Shown here: piece after piece, positions 28,893 through 37,678 of the stretch | Layout: each line of letters opens with the position of its first letter | Numbering within the stretch: position 1 is the first letter of the stretch | DNA from: Hanamia sp. | Lineage (GTDB): Bacteria; Bacteroidota; Bacteroidia; Chitinophagales; Chitinophagaceae | Direction of reading: 5' to 3' | DNA length: 64,000 nucleotides | Assembly: GCA_965276925.1 (NCBI GenBank) | Contig: OZ255711.1 | Span: 3,724,652 to 3,788,651, forward strand | Program-made: the position numbers and the translations under genes | Notes under the pieces: model-generated | Databases searched by the model: none | Seen by the model: the letters and a program-made list of their open reading frames with translations, nothing else | Told to the model about the DNA's origin: nothing

Positions 28893-29483
28893 TCACCTCG
28901 TTTCCTTTACATCTTTATCCCAGTACGAAGGTTTTCTTACTTCGCCTTCCACAGTTATATTTTCATTAATGTAATTTCCATAGCACGGCAAGTGTTGGGT
29001 ACTTATGTCTAATAAATTATCACAATAAAAACTAATGCTTTTAACTATCTCATGTAGCGTTGTTTTTAAGCAGGCATTGCGAAGATCAATAATCCATTTG
29101 CCTTTATATTGAAAAGAATTTTTTTCTATCGGCCTGTTCACTCTATGCCTTGGCATTAACGCCATATCCATAGCCGACAGCCAATAGTAATTCATGGTGG
29201 TGTTGTCTCTTATAATTATTCCGGAATAAGGTGCAAAAGCAATAATTTTTCTTACTGCAAGATCATCCATTATGAATGTAAAAATCTCATCGCTGTCTGA
29301 TACCGATGGCCAGTTGGAAGTATTTATTTTTTGCCTTTTTTCCTTTACATCTATGTACACATTTCTTTTATTAAAAAAATTATTCAGTGTAAAATCAAGA
29401 TGTTTATAAGACGCGCAATTATCAGTGAATGCAATATTATTATTCTTTAAAAAATCTTTTAGCTCGCTTTCAAAACTAACCAT
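28893..29483 (-). CDS. Hypothetical protein, putative PD-(D/E)XK nuclease fold
   Basis: N-terminal FESEL helix, then LDF and YIDVKEK, spaced like E...PD...(D/E)xK. Confidence 0.55.
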   Translation of the reverse strand: MVSFESELKDFLKNNNIAFTDNCASYKHLDFTLNNFFNKRNVYIDVKEKRQKINTSNWPSVSDSDEIFTFIMDDLAVRKIIAFAPYSGIIIRDNTTMNYYWLSAMDMALMPRHRVNRPIEKNSFQYKGKWIIDLRNACLKTTLHEIVKSISFYCDNLLDISTQHLPCYGNYINENITVEGEVRKPSYWDKDVKETR

Positions 29484-29667
29484 AGCAAAAAGAGTTGAAA
29501 TTATAAAATAAACAGGTACAATAAATTCACAGTATCCATCGTTTGATGTAAGCTAATAAAATTGTGCAATCACAGCCTTTAGTAAAAATTATTCCGGAAT
29601 CTTTTTCCATAGTTTTTAAACCAATGTTAAATATCCAAGTCTCAAAAAACAATTAAACAAACTAAAA

Positions 29668-30591
29668 ATGTACTCTATGAAATTAAAAAATGTTTTCTTC
29701 GCCTCCTTATTTTTTGCTTTTGCTATTACCTTTAATTCTTGTAAAAAAGATAATAACAGCAGTGGCAATACTACTACAGACGCAAATACAGAAGCCCAAA
29801 CACAATCAAGCGATCAGATCATGTATTCCAATGAATCTGATGCGGCCACCGATGATGTAAATACAGCCATTGATGCAAACGGCGGTTCTTACAATGCAAG
29901 AACCACAGGTATCAACACATTTCCTTTTAAAATTTCGTGCGATGCAACGGTAACGGTAGACACTGCCAGCACCCCGCGCACAATCACCATTAATTATTCA
30001 GGAAATTGTAACGGAGCACGTACGCGTTCCGGCTCAGTGGTAGCATCTTTTTCACCAGATTTTAAATGGGGAAATGCAGGTGCACAGATTACTATCACAT
30101 ATCATAATCTTAAAATCACTTATAAAAATGGCAAAAGTGTGGTTATAAATGGCACAAGAACATTGACCAATACATCCGGCGGATTATTAAGAAATCTTGC
30201 ATCACTTGATAGTGTTGTTCATACTGTAAATGACGTGAACATGAGTGTAACATTTGATAATGGCACACAACGCACCTGGCAAAACAGTTATACGAGAGTT
30301 TTTACTTATAACGATGGAGCTGTTATAACCGTTAACGGTTCAGGCAGTGGCGTTAATCGCTTTGGCCATAATTTTACCACTTCTATTACTCAATTGGTGA
30401 TGAAACAAAGCTGCGATTTCCGTTATACAAGTGGTCAGGTTCAATATACCGGCGCTGTGGTAACAACAACCACCACATTTGGCCTTGATGCAACCGGGCT
30501 TGCTGTAAGCAGTTGTCCTTTGCTATTATATTATAAAATAGTATGGACTGGCTCGCAAGGCACTTCACTATCTTATATCGGTAGTTATTAA
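29668..30591 (+). CDS. Hypothetical lipoprotein (beta-rich)
   Basis: FNSC lipobox followed by KKDNN, and a T/S/N/G-rich beta-strand pattern. Confidence 0.8.
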   Translation: MYSMKLKNVFFASLFFAFAITFNSCKKDNNSSGNTTTDANTEAQTQSSDQIMYSNESDAATDDVNTAIDANGGSYNARTTGINTFPFKISCDATVTVDTASTPRTITINYSGNCNGARTRSGSVVASFSPDFKWGNAGAQITITYHNLKITYKNGKSVVINGTRTLTNTSGGLLRNLASLDSVVHTVNDVNMSVTFDNGTQRTWQNSYTRVFTYNDGAVITVNGSGSGVNRFGHNFTTSITQLVMKQSCDFRYTSGQVQYTGAVVTTTTTFGLDATGLAVSSCPLLLYYKIVWTGSQGTSLSYIGSY

Positions 30592-30610
30592 TAATTAAAC
30601 AGAAAGATAT

Positions 30611-30642
30611 AAAGCCATTAGCCTTTGCTAATGGCTTTTTTT
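30611..30642. terminator. Bidirectional intrinsic terminator
   Basis: AAAGCCATTAGC-CTTT-GCTAATGGCTTTTTTT between convergent genes. Confidence 0.88.
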
Positions 30643-30664
30643 ATGCAAATATTTAAGGGAGAAT

Positions 30665-33589
30665 TTAAATTAAGGCATTGTATAATATTTCTATTGTATG
30701 CAACGCTTTCTTGCCTGCGCCATCTTTTATCTGGTGGCGGCAGCTGGTGCCAGGCGCCGCAATAATAGTTTCTGCTGATAGTTTTCGAATAGCGGGTAAC
30801 AGTACCAGTTCAGCTATCTTCATCGAAAGATCGTAATGTTCTTTTTCGTAGCCGAAAGATCCGGCCATGCCACAACAACCTGATGGAATCACTTCAACAG
30901 AATAGTTCACAGGAAACGATAGTATTTTTATGGATGCAGTTAAAGATGATAACGCCTTCTGCTGGCAATGGCCATGCAGCTGTATTAATTTTTTTTCTTT
31001 CGTAAATAAGTCAGCGTTGATATTTCCATCATCAATTTCTTTGGCAATAAATTCATCAATTAAAAAAACATTTTTTGCAAGCTCTTTTGCTTTTGTATAA
31101 TTGTCATCTTCAGCAAGGTCAATGTATTCATCTCTGAAGGTGAGTATGGCGCTGGGTTCTATGCCAATCAAAGGTGTTTCATTATTGATCAGTTTACTTA
31201 ACAGTTTAATATTTTTATTGGCAATTGTTTTTGCTTGTCTGAGCAATCCTTTAGAAAGCCACGTTCTTCCGCTTTCTATGTGCTTTGGTATAGTTACTTC
31301 ATAGCCAAGTTTTTCCAGTAATTTAATTGCCTGGATACCTATTTGCGTATCATTATAATTAGTAAACTCATCGCAAAAAAGATATACTTTTTTTCTTTTT
31401 GATTGATTGAAAACATCTGTTTTTCCCCCTTTCTTTTTGTACCATTTTTTAAGCGTTATATTATGAAGCTTTGGCAGAGAACGTTGTACAGCAAAGCCGG
31501 CCATACGTTTAATAATGCTGCTTGTTACAGCATTACTAATCGTAAAATTATACAGGCCAGGAGCAAGAGATGCAAGCTTTGAGGAAGTAGTAAACCGGCC
31601 AATAAGCTTCGCACGAAAAGGAACACCATTAGCATCATAATACTGTTGCAAAAACTCTGCTTTTAATTTAGCTACATCCACATTTGACGGACATTCGGAT
31701 TTACAGCCTTTGCAACTTAAACACAAATCCATCACTTCGTAAATCTCTTTATGATCGAACCTGTTTATTTTTTCAGAATTGGTTAAAAACTCACGTAGAA
31801 TATTAGCTCTTGCACGCGTGGTATCTTTTTCATTTTTTGTTGCCATAAAAGATGGACACATCGTACCGCCGCTTAGATGTGTTTTTCGGCAATCACCTGA
31901 GCCATTGCATTGCTCCGCATGTTGCAACACCGTTTGATTATTATACCGAAAGACCGTCTTAAAAGCTGGTGTTTGCTGCCCCGGCGTATACCGCAGCATC
32001 GTGTTCATAGGTGGGGTTTCTACAATTTTATTTGGGTTAAAAATATTTTGAGGATCCCATGTTTGCTTCACTATTTTGAACAGCTCATAATTTTTTTCGC
32101 CAACCATATTTTTTATAAATTCCCCGCGAAGCCTGCCATCGCCGTGTTCACCGCTTAGTGATCCTCTATATTTTTTAACCAAAACTGAAATCTCTTCTGC
32201 AATTGTTCTGAACAGGCGATTGCCTTCAGCAGTTTTTAAATTAATTATAGGACGAAGATGAATTTCGCCTGAGCCGGCGTGCGCGTAATGCACAGAATGT
32301 AGTCCATATTTTTTTAAAATAGAATTAAACTCTTCAATATATGCGGGCAGATCGCCAGTGTCAACAGCAGTATCTTCTACCACAGGCACAGCTTTATCAT
32401 CCCCCGGCAGGTTACCCAGTAAACCAAGTCCTGCCTTTCTGAGCGTCCATATTTTTTTTGTATCATCACCTGTCAACAATGGAAAATGATAACCCAGACC
32501 TTCTTTACGCATTTCTGCTTCACATGCTGCGGCTCTTTCTAAAACATCTTCCCGTGTTGCAGATGTAAATTCTATAACCAGAATTGCACCGGGATCGCCC
32601 TTTACAAAAAACCTGTTTTTACTTTGTTCAATATTTTCTTTTGTACATTCCAAAATATAATGATCAATAAGCTCGCTGGCTGTGGGCTTGTATTTCAGAA
32701 CAATAAGATTAGCCCTCAATGATTCATCTATTGTATTAAAATGCACGCATAACAATCCTGATTCTTTTGGAGGCAATGGAACAACCTGCACCTTTATTTC
32801 TGTTATAAATGCGAGTGTGCCTTCTGAGCCCGCAATCAATTTACAAAAATTAAAATCCGGCGCGCCAGCATCAAATGGTGCAGCATCCATCAGCACGTCA
32901 AGTGCATAACCGGTGTTCCTTCTTTCCACACTTTTCTTGGGAAATTCTCTTTCTATTTCCAGCCGGTTATCTGTATTACTTAATAAGCTTCTGATGGTTT
33001 TATAAATATTGGCTTCAAGCGTAGTGCCTTCGCACTTTTCATGAAAATCATCAATGCGCAGTGCTTTAAATATTGCCTCGCTGCCATCGCTTAGCAGCAC
33101 GACCACTTCCAGCAAATGTTCTCTTGTGCTGCGATACACAATCGAGTTGGAGCCGCAGGAATTATTACCCACCATGCCACCCATCATTGCGCGGTTGGCG
33201 GTAGATGTTTCCGGGCCAAACATGTAGCCATGCGGCTTAAGAAACATATTTAATTCATCGCGTATCACGCCAGGCTGTACGCGCACCCAATGCTCATCTT
33301 TATTAAACTCAATTATTTGCGTAAAATATTTTGATACATCGGCAACAATTCCTTTACCAACCACTTGCCCTGCAAGAGAAGTACCAGCAGTTCTTGGTAT
33401 TAATGAGGTATGATTGGCTAAAGCAAAAGCAATTAGTTTTTTAAGATCATCCTTACTCTTTGGAACGGCCACTGCCAAAGGCATCTCCCGATAGGCTGAG
33501 GCATCTGTAGCATACAAAATTTTCATTGTATCATCATAATACAGTTCGCCTTCCAGGTGCCCGGATAGTTCTTTCAGCTTGTTATTCAT
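30665..33589 (-). CDS. FAD-binding / 4Fe-4S / CCG-domain oxidoreductase (D-2-hydroxyacid dehydrogenase-like)
   Basis: RTAGTSLAGQ, GGMVGNNSCG, SGEHGDG, CNGSGDCR, CLSCKGCKSECP, HGHCQQ and CCGMAGSFGY. Confidence 0.9.
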   Translation of the reverse strand: MNNKLKELSGHLEGELYYDDTMKILYATDASAYREMPLAVAVPKSKDDLKKLIAFALANHTSLIPRTAGTSLAGQVVGKGIVADVSKYFTQIIEFNKDEHWVRVQPGVIRDELNMFLKPHGYMFGPETSTANRAMMGGMVGNNSCGSNSIVYRSTREHLLEVVVLLSDGSEAIFKALRIDDFHEKCEGTTLEANIYKTIRSLLSNTDNRLEIEREFPKKSVERRNTGYALDVLMDAAPFDAGAPDFNFCKLIAGSEGTLAFITEIKVQVVPLPPKESGLLCVHFNTIDESLRANLIVLKYKPTASELIDHYILECTKENIEQSKNRFFVKGDPGAILVIEFTSATREDVLERAAACEAEMRKEGLGYHFPLLTGDDTKKIWTLRKAGLGLLGNLPGDDKAVPVVEDTAVDTGDLPAYIEEFNSILKKYGLHSVHYAHAGSGEIHLRPIINLKTAEGNRLFRTIAEEISVLVKKYRGSLSGEHGDGRLRGEFIKNMVGEKNYELFKIVKQTWDPQNIFNPNKIVETPPMNTMLRYTPGQQTPAFKTVFRYNNQTVLQHAEQCNGSGDCRKTHLSGGTMCPSFMATKNEKDTTRARANILREFLTNSEKINRFDHKEIYEVMDLCLSCKGCKSECPSNVDVAKLKAEFLQQYYDANGVPFRAKLIGRFTTSSKLASLAPGLYNFTISNAVTSSIIKRMAGFAVQRSLPKLHNITLKKWYKKKGGKTDVFNQSKRKKVYLFCDEFTNYNDTQIGIQAIKLLEKLGYEVTIPKHIESGRTWLSKGLLRQAKTIANKNIKLLSKLINNETPLIGIEPSAILTFRDEYIDLAEDDNYTKAKELAKNVFLIDEFIAKEIDDGNINADLFTKEKKLIQLHGHCQQKALSSLTASIKILSFPVNYSVEVIPSGCCGMAGSFGYEKEHYDLSMKIAELVLLPAIRKLSAETIIAAPGTSCRHQIKDGAGKKALHTIEILYNALI

Positions 33590-33785
33590 TGCAGGTCTAG
33601 TCAGTAAAAAAGGAAAGCAAAACTACATGATTTGAAAAGGGCTAATGATTTTTTTTATAAAAAATATGTAATGATTTTTATAAAATATATTATTCATTTA
33701 TCCTGTTTATATTTTTTATTATAAACTTATAAATGATAATTTTAAGAATTGATCCTTATTTATATTAATCACTTTTAATTATTTT

Positions 33786-34229
33786 ATGAAAAAGATATTC
33801 ATTTTTATTCTTCTGCTTTGTTGCATAAAGACGAGCTATAGCCAGCAGGCAAATGATTCTTCTGCAATAAAAATGCTTCTTGAAAAAGAATCTGCTACCT
33901 GGCGCTCCGGAGATTCAACAGCACATGCAGCGTGTTGGAAAGTGCAACCTTACAGCCGCATACTTGTTTCCACTTCTGATGGAAAATCTTTTGACGTTCC
34001 GCCAGAAATGATAATGCATCCTTCTGCAGGCATGATGGGCAAAGGCGGAACTTCTGTAAATACCAATTACACTTTTAGTATACATGGCAACGATGCCTGG
34101 GTAAGCCACAATGAAGAATCTACTGCGGCTGATGGTACAAAAACATACTCAAGAGAAATACGTTTATTAGAAAAAATAAATGGTGAATGGAAACTGGTGG
34201 GCCAAAGTATTCATTTATATAAAAAGTAA
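33786..34229 (+). CDS. Secreted NTF2/SnoaL-like protein
   Basis: Signal peptide, then ...DAWVSH...REIRLLEKINGEWKLVG, an NTF2-type C-terminus. Confidence 0.7.
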   Translation: MKKIFIFILLLCCIKTSYSQQANDSSAIKMLLEKESATWRSGDSTAHAACWKVQPYSRILVSTSDGKSFDVPPEMIMHPSAGMMGKGGTSVNTNYTFSIHGNDAWVSHNEESTAADGTKTYSREIRLLEKINGEWKLVGQSIHLYKK

Positions 34230-34355
34230 AAACTATTGAATAATTAAGAGCTAAATCAGGCGCATCAAAAGCAGCATTTATAATATCAGGTTATAAAAAG
34301 CGTTTATTTAATAACCTGCGTTTATAAATTATTACTTTAATTTTTTAATCTGTAT

Positions 34356-34490
34356 ATGAAAAAAGTTATTAAATTTTCTGCATTTCTCTCGCTGATTACA
34401 TTTACATTTTTAAGTTGCAATAGCTCAAAGTACGCATCAGGCTCCATGCATAATCATGGTGTAAGCAATAGGAGTTACAAAGGTTATTAA
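34356..34490 (+). CDS. Small lipoprotein (44 aa)
   Basis: Not in the ORF track: MKKVIKFSAFLSLITFTFLSC-NSSKYASGSMHNHGVSNRSYKGY*, an SPII signal with an FLSC lipobox. Confidence 0.7.
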   Translation: MKKVIKFSAFLSLITFTFLSCNSSKYASGSMHNHGVSNRSYKGY

Positions 34491-34542
34491 TAAAAGACGG
34501 CAGCATCACGTGTAGAATCTATCAAGCTTTGCTCACTTACTG

Positions 34543-34616
<74 letters not shown>

Positions 34617-34664
34617 CTTTTTATATTTGTGTACTAACAGTTACCTTATAAACGAAACAACTTT

Positions 34665-35990
34665 TTAATCTCCCCAAATTTCTTCTTTTCCTTCCAGCCA
34701 CAGCTTCACCAAACGCGTGGAAACTGACTTAGGCCTCTCCAGCGGAAAGCCTAAAACCCTATCCCAGCAAAGGCTTGCAAGCACACCCAATGATCTCGAT
34801 ACGCCAAATAAAACTGTATAAAATTCATACTCCACCATTCCATAATGTACCAGCAACGCGCCGCTGTGGGCATCTACATTAGGCCATGGGTTTTTTATTT
34901 TTGCGATAGATTTTAATACAGGTGGTACGGCTTCATATATATTCCAAACGGTTTGCACCAAAGGATCATCGGGCATGTGCGCTTTTCCAAATTCCATTTG
35001 CGCTTCAAACCGGGGATCAGTTTTACGAAGCACTGCATGGCCATATCCAGGCACCACCTTGCCTTCCGACAAAGTCTTTTTTACATATTCTGTTATCTGT
35101 TCTTTGGTAGGCAATTCGGTTTTCAGTTCATCCCTCATTTCAAAAATCCACTTGATCACTTCCTGGTTAGCAAGCCCGTGCAAAGGACCTGCAAGCCCAT
35201 TCATGCCTGCGGCAAAAGAAAGATAGGGATCGCTTAATGCTGACCCTACAAGATGCGTGGCATGCGCCGAAACATTGCCACCTTCATGGTCGCAATGAAT
35301 AGTCATATATAGCCGCATAAGCTCTCTGAAGCTTTCATCTTCAAAGCCCATCATGTGAGCGAAATTTCCAGCCCAGTCAAGCAAGCCATTTGGCTGTATA
35401 TGATTTCCCTGCTTATACTTGCGGCGATAAATATATGCGGCAATGCGGGGCAGCCTCGCAATAAGATCCATAGAATCATCAAACACAGCAGCCCAGTAGT
35501 CTTTTTTACTCATGCCTTCGGCATATTTTTTTGCAAAATGGCTCTCCGTTTGCAATGCCATAATACCTACAACAAACTGTGTCATCGGATGAGAGGTTAA
35601 GGGCAAAGCGTCTATAGTGTGAAAGACGTGGCTTGGCACGTGGCTTCTGCGCTGCCATACGTTACTTACATGATGCACATCTTCTTCAGTTGGCAATTCA
35701 CCAACCAGCATCAGGTAAAACAAACCCTCCGGCAATGGCTCTGTGCCTCCTTCTGCCTTCGGCAGCTTTTCTCTTAATTCTGGAATAGAATAGCCGCGAA
35801 ACCTAATGCCATGCTGCGCATCGAGCAACGACGTTTCAGTTACCAAACCTGTAATGCCGCGCATACCCTGGTATACCTGCGAAAGCTTTACTTCGCCAAT
35901 AGTTTTTTCGCCATGCTCTTTTAAAATGTCTTTTACTTCAGCAGATAATATATCTGCTTTTTCCTTAAACTTATCTTTTATTACTCCCAT
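34665..35990 (-). CDS. gltA: Citrate (Si)-synthase, eukaryotic type
   Basis: GMRGI..LV.ETS.LD...GIRFRG, HCDHEGGNVSAH, GLAGPLHGLANQ, VPGYGHAVLRKTDPR and PNVDAHSG. Confidence 0.95.
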   Translation of the reverse strand: MGVIKDKFKEKADILSAEVKDILKEHGEKTIGEVKLSQVYQGMRGITGLVTETSLLDAQHGIRFRGYSIPELREKLPKAEGGTEPLPEGLFYLMLVGELPTEEDVHHVSNVWQRRSHVPSHVFHTIDALPLTSHPMTQFVVGIMALQTESHFAKKYAEGMSKKDYWAAVFDDSMDLIARLPRIAAYIYRRKYKQGNHIQPNGLLDWAGNFAHMMGFEDESFRELMRLYMTIHCDHEGGNVSAHATHLVGSALSDPYLSFAAGMNGLAGPLHGLANQEVIKWIFEMRDELKTELPTKEQITEYVKKTLSEGKVVPGYGHAVLRKTDPRFEAQMEFGKAHMPDDPLVQTVWNIYEAVPPVLKSIAKIKNPWPNVDAHSGALLVHYGMVEYEFYTVLFGVSRSLGVLASLCWDRVLGFPLERPKSVSTRLVKLWLEGKEEIWGD

Positions 35991-36104
35991 TTTTTTATAT
36001 TAATATGGTTGTGCTTATAATGCTGAAAGGCTATAAAGTTACCATTACACTTCTTGCCAAACAAATGAAAAATATTTACAGATAATTTTTTTCCTGAATA
36101 AAAA

Positions 36105-37196
36105 TTATTGCGAATTTTTTCTGTATAAATACCATGCAAGTACGCCGAAAACCACGTTAGGCAACCACGCTGCTATCAATGGATCGAAATTGCCTTTCAT
36201 TGCGAACACCGCAGCAAACCGCCCTACAAGAATATATAAAACGCATAATAAAACACCCATTGCGAGGTGAATGCCGCTGCCGCCGCGGATTTTACGGCTG
36301 GCAATAGATGCCCCGATAATAGTTAAAATAAAAACGGAAACAGGGTTGGCATTCCGGTTATGTTTTTCAAGAAGCAACGAGTTCACATCTTCTGCACCGC
36401 GAACTCTCTCAAGTGCAATAAATTCATTCAGCTCCGGGGTAGAAAGCTTATCTTTCATGTACTCATCCCGCTGCAGGTCGCGCGGCTTGAAATTAAAGTT
36501 CATTTTCATTTCAGGCGATTGCTTTAATGTTTGCCTAAGCCCGTCAATAGTGCGTTCTATTACATTTTCGAGCTTCCATTTTCTGCTGGCAGTATCCCAC
36601 AAAATTGTTTGCGCCCTTAAATTATAAGTGAGCTTTGTGTTATTAAATTTTTGTATAAAAAAAGTATTTCCCCTGCGGTTTATGGTATCATAATATTTTA
36701 CGCCGGCATAAGAAAATGAATCGAGCTTAAAATATTTATCTTGTATAGTAGTGGTATTTTCGTAAGCTGCATAATTCATATCAACATATTTTGAATTAAA
36801 CGTTGCCCATTTATTATTGGCTTCAGGAAGCACGTACTGGTTGCACCACCAAAGAAATAAAGTAAAAAATAAGCCCCCAAAAACATAAGGCTGCAGATAC
36901 CTTCTGAAGCTGACACCGCTGCTGAGTATGGCAATGATCTCCGACCGGTTGGCCATGATTGATGTAAAAAATATTACCGCCAGAAAAATAAACAGCGGGA
37001 ACAACATAGCGTCTATTCTTGGTATAAAGCCAAAATAATATTGGGTAATGATCTGGCTGTAAGGAAGATTGGCTTTAGCGAAATCATCAGTCTTTTCGCT
37101 GAGGTCTATAATAACCACCAGCACAGTAAGCGCTATGATAAAAAAGAAAAAAGTGAGAAAAAATTTTTTAAGTATATACCAGTCAATAATTTTCAT
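36105..37196 (-). CDS. LPS export ABC transporter permease LptF/LptG family
   Basis: IDWYILKKF start, N.SEIIAILSSGVS, and AAWLPNVVF at the C-terminus. Confidence 0.9.
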   Translation of the reverse strand: MKIIDWYILKKFFLTFFFFIIALTVLVVIIDLSEKTDDFAKANLPYSQIITQYYFGFIPRIDAMLFPLFIFLAVIFFTSIMANRSEIIAILSSGVSFRRYLQPYVFGGLFFTLFLWWCNQYVLPEANNKWATFNSKYVDMNYAAYENTTTIQDKYFKLDSFSYAGVKYYDTINRRGNTFFIQKFNNTKLTYNLRAQTILWDTASRKWKLENVIERTIDGLRQTLKQSPEMKMNFNFKPRDLQRDEYMKDKLSTPELNEFIALERVRGAEDVNSLLLEKHNRNANPVSVFILTIIGASIASRKIRGGSGIHLAMGVLLCVLYILVGRFAAVFAMKGNFDPLIAAWLPNVVFGVLAWYLYRKNSQ

Positions 37197-37265
37197 ATAA
37201 CCTTTGTGGACGCCAATTTCAGTCAAATGTAAAGCAATCTGCTGCGTGAGGCTTTATATAAAAAG

Positions 37266-37589
37266 TTATTTCTTTTTTGTAACCAAATCATAAGAATCTT
37301 TTATAAAATTCTTAAGCTGGCTGGCAGAAAGCTCACCATTGACAACAATCGTATTCCAGTGTTTTTTATTCATGTGATAGCCTGGCAGCACCGAAGAATA
37401 GCGCTCTCTCAACTCTGTAATTTTTTCCGGATCGCACTTCACATTGAACTGAAGCACATCGGATGAAAGCGAAGCCAGTAAAAAGATCTTATTATTTATT
37501 TTAAAAACCAATGTATCATTTCCGAAAGGAAATTCTTCCGAAACATTTGGCAGCGATAAAGCGTAAGCTCTTATTTCTTCTATGTTCAT
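37266..37589 (-). CDS. MmcQ/YjbR family protein
   Basis: EEFPFG..TLVFK, NVKCDP and PGYHMNKKHWNT. The start is set at MNIEE. Confidence 0.9.
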   Translation of the reverse strand: MNIEEIRAYALSLPNVSEEFPFGNDTLVFKINNKIFLLASLSSDVLQFNVKCDPEKITELRERYSSVLPGYHMNKKHWNTIVVNGELSASQLKNFIKDSYDLVTKKK

Positions 37590-37621
37590 TATTATTTTTA
37601 TCAGGTTAAAATTACGGCATA

Positions 37622-37651
37622 AAAAAAGGCTGCATTGGTAACAGCCTTTTT
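37622..37651 (-). terminator. Intrinsic terminator after the M16 protease gene
   Basis: AAAAAGGCTG-CATTGGTAA-CAGCCTTTTT. Confidence 0.7.
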
Positions 37652-37678
37652 GCAAAAAATAATTTTAAATAAAAATTT

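Noticed and set aside
29570-29600. A third 3'-end duplication (mnmE FSKFCIG versus TTT AGT AAA AAT TAT TCC GGA)
   Set aside because: Only 4 of 7 residues match in AT-rich DNA, which is within chance.
34622-34629. Plus-strand TATATTTG pointing antisense into the gltA 3' end
   Set aside because: It is a single 8-mer in AT-rich DNA with no other support, so it may be chance.
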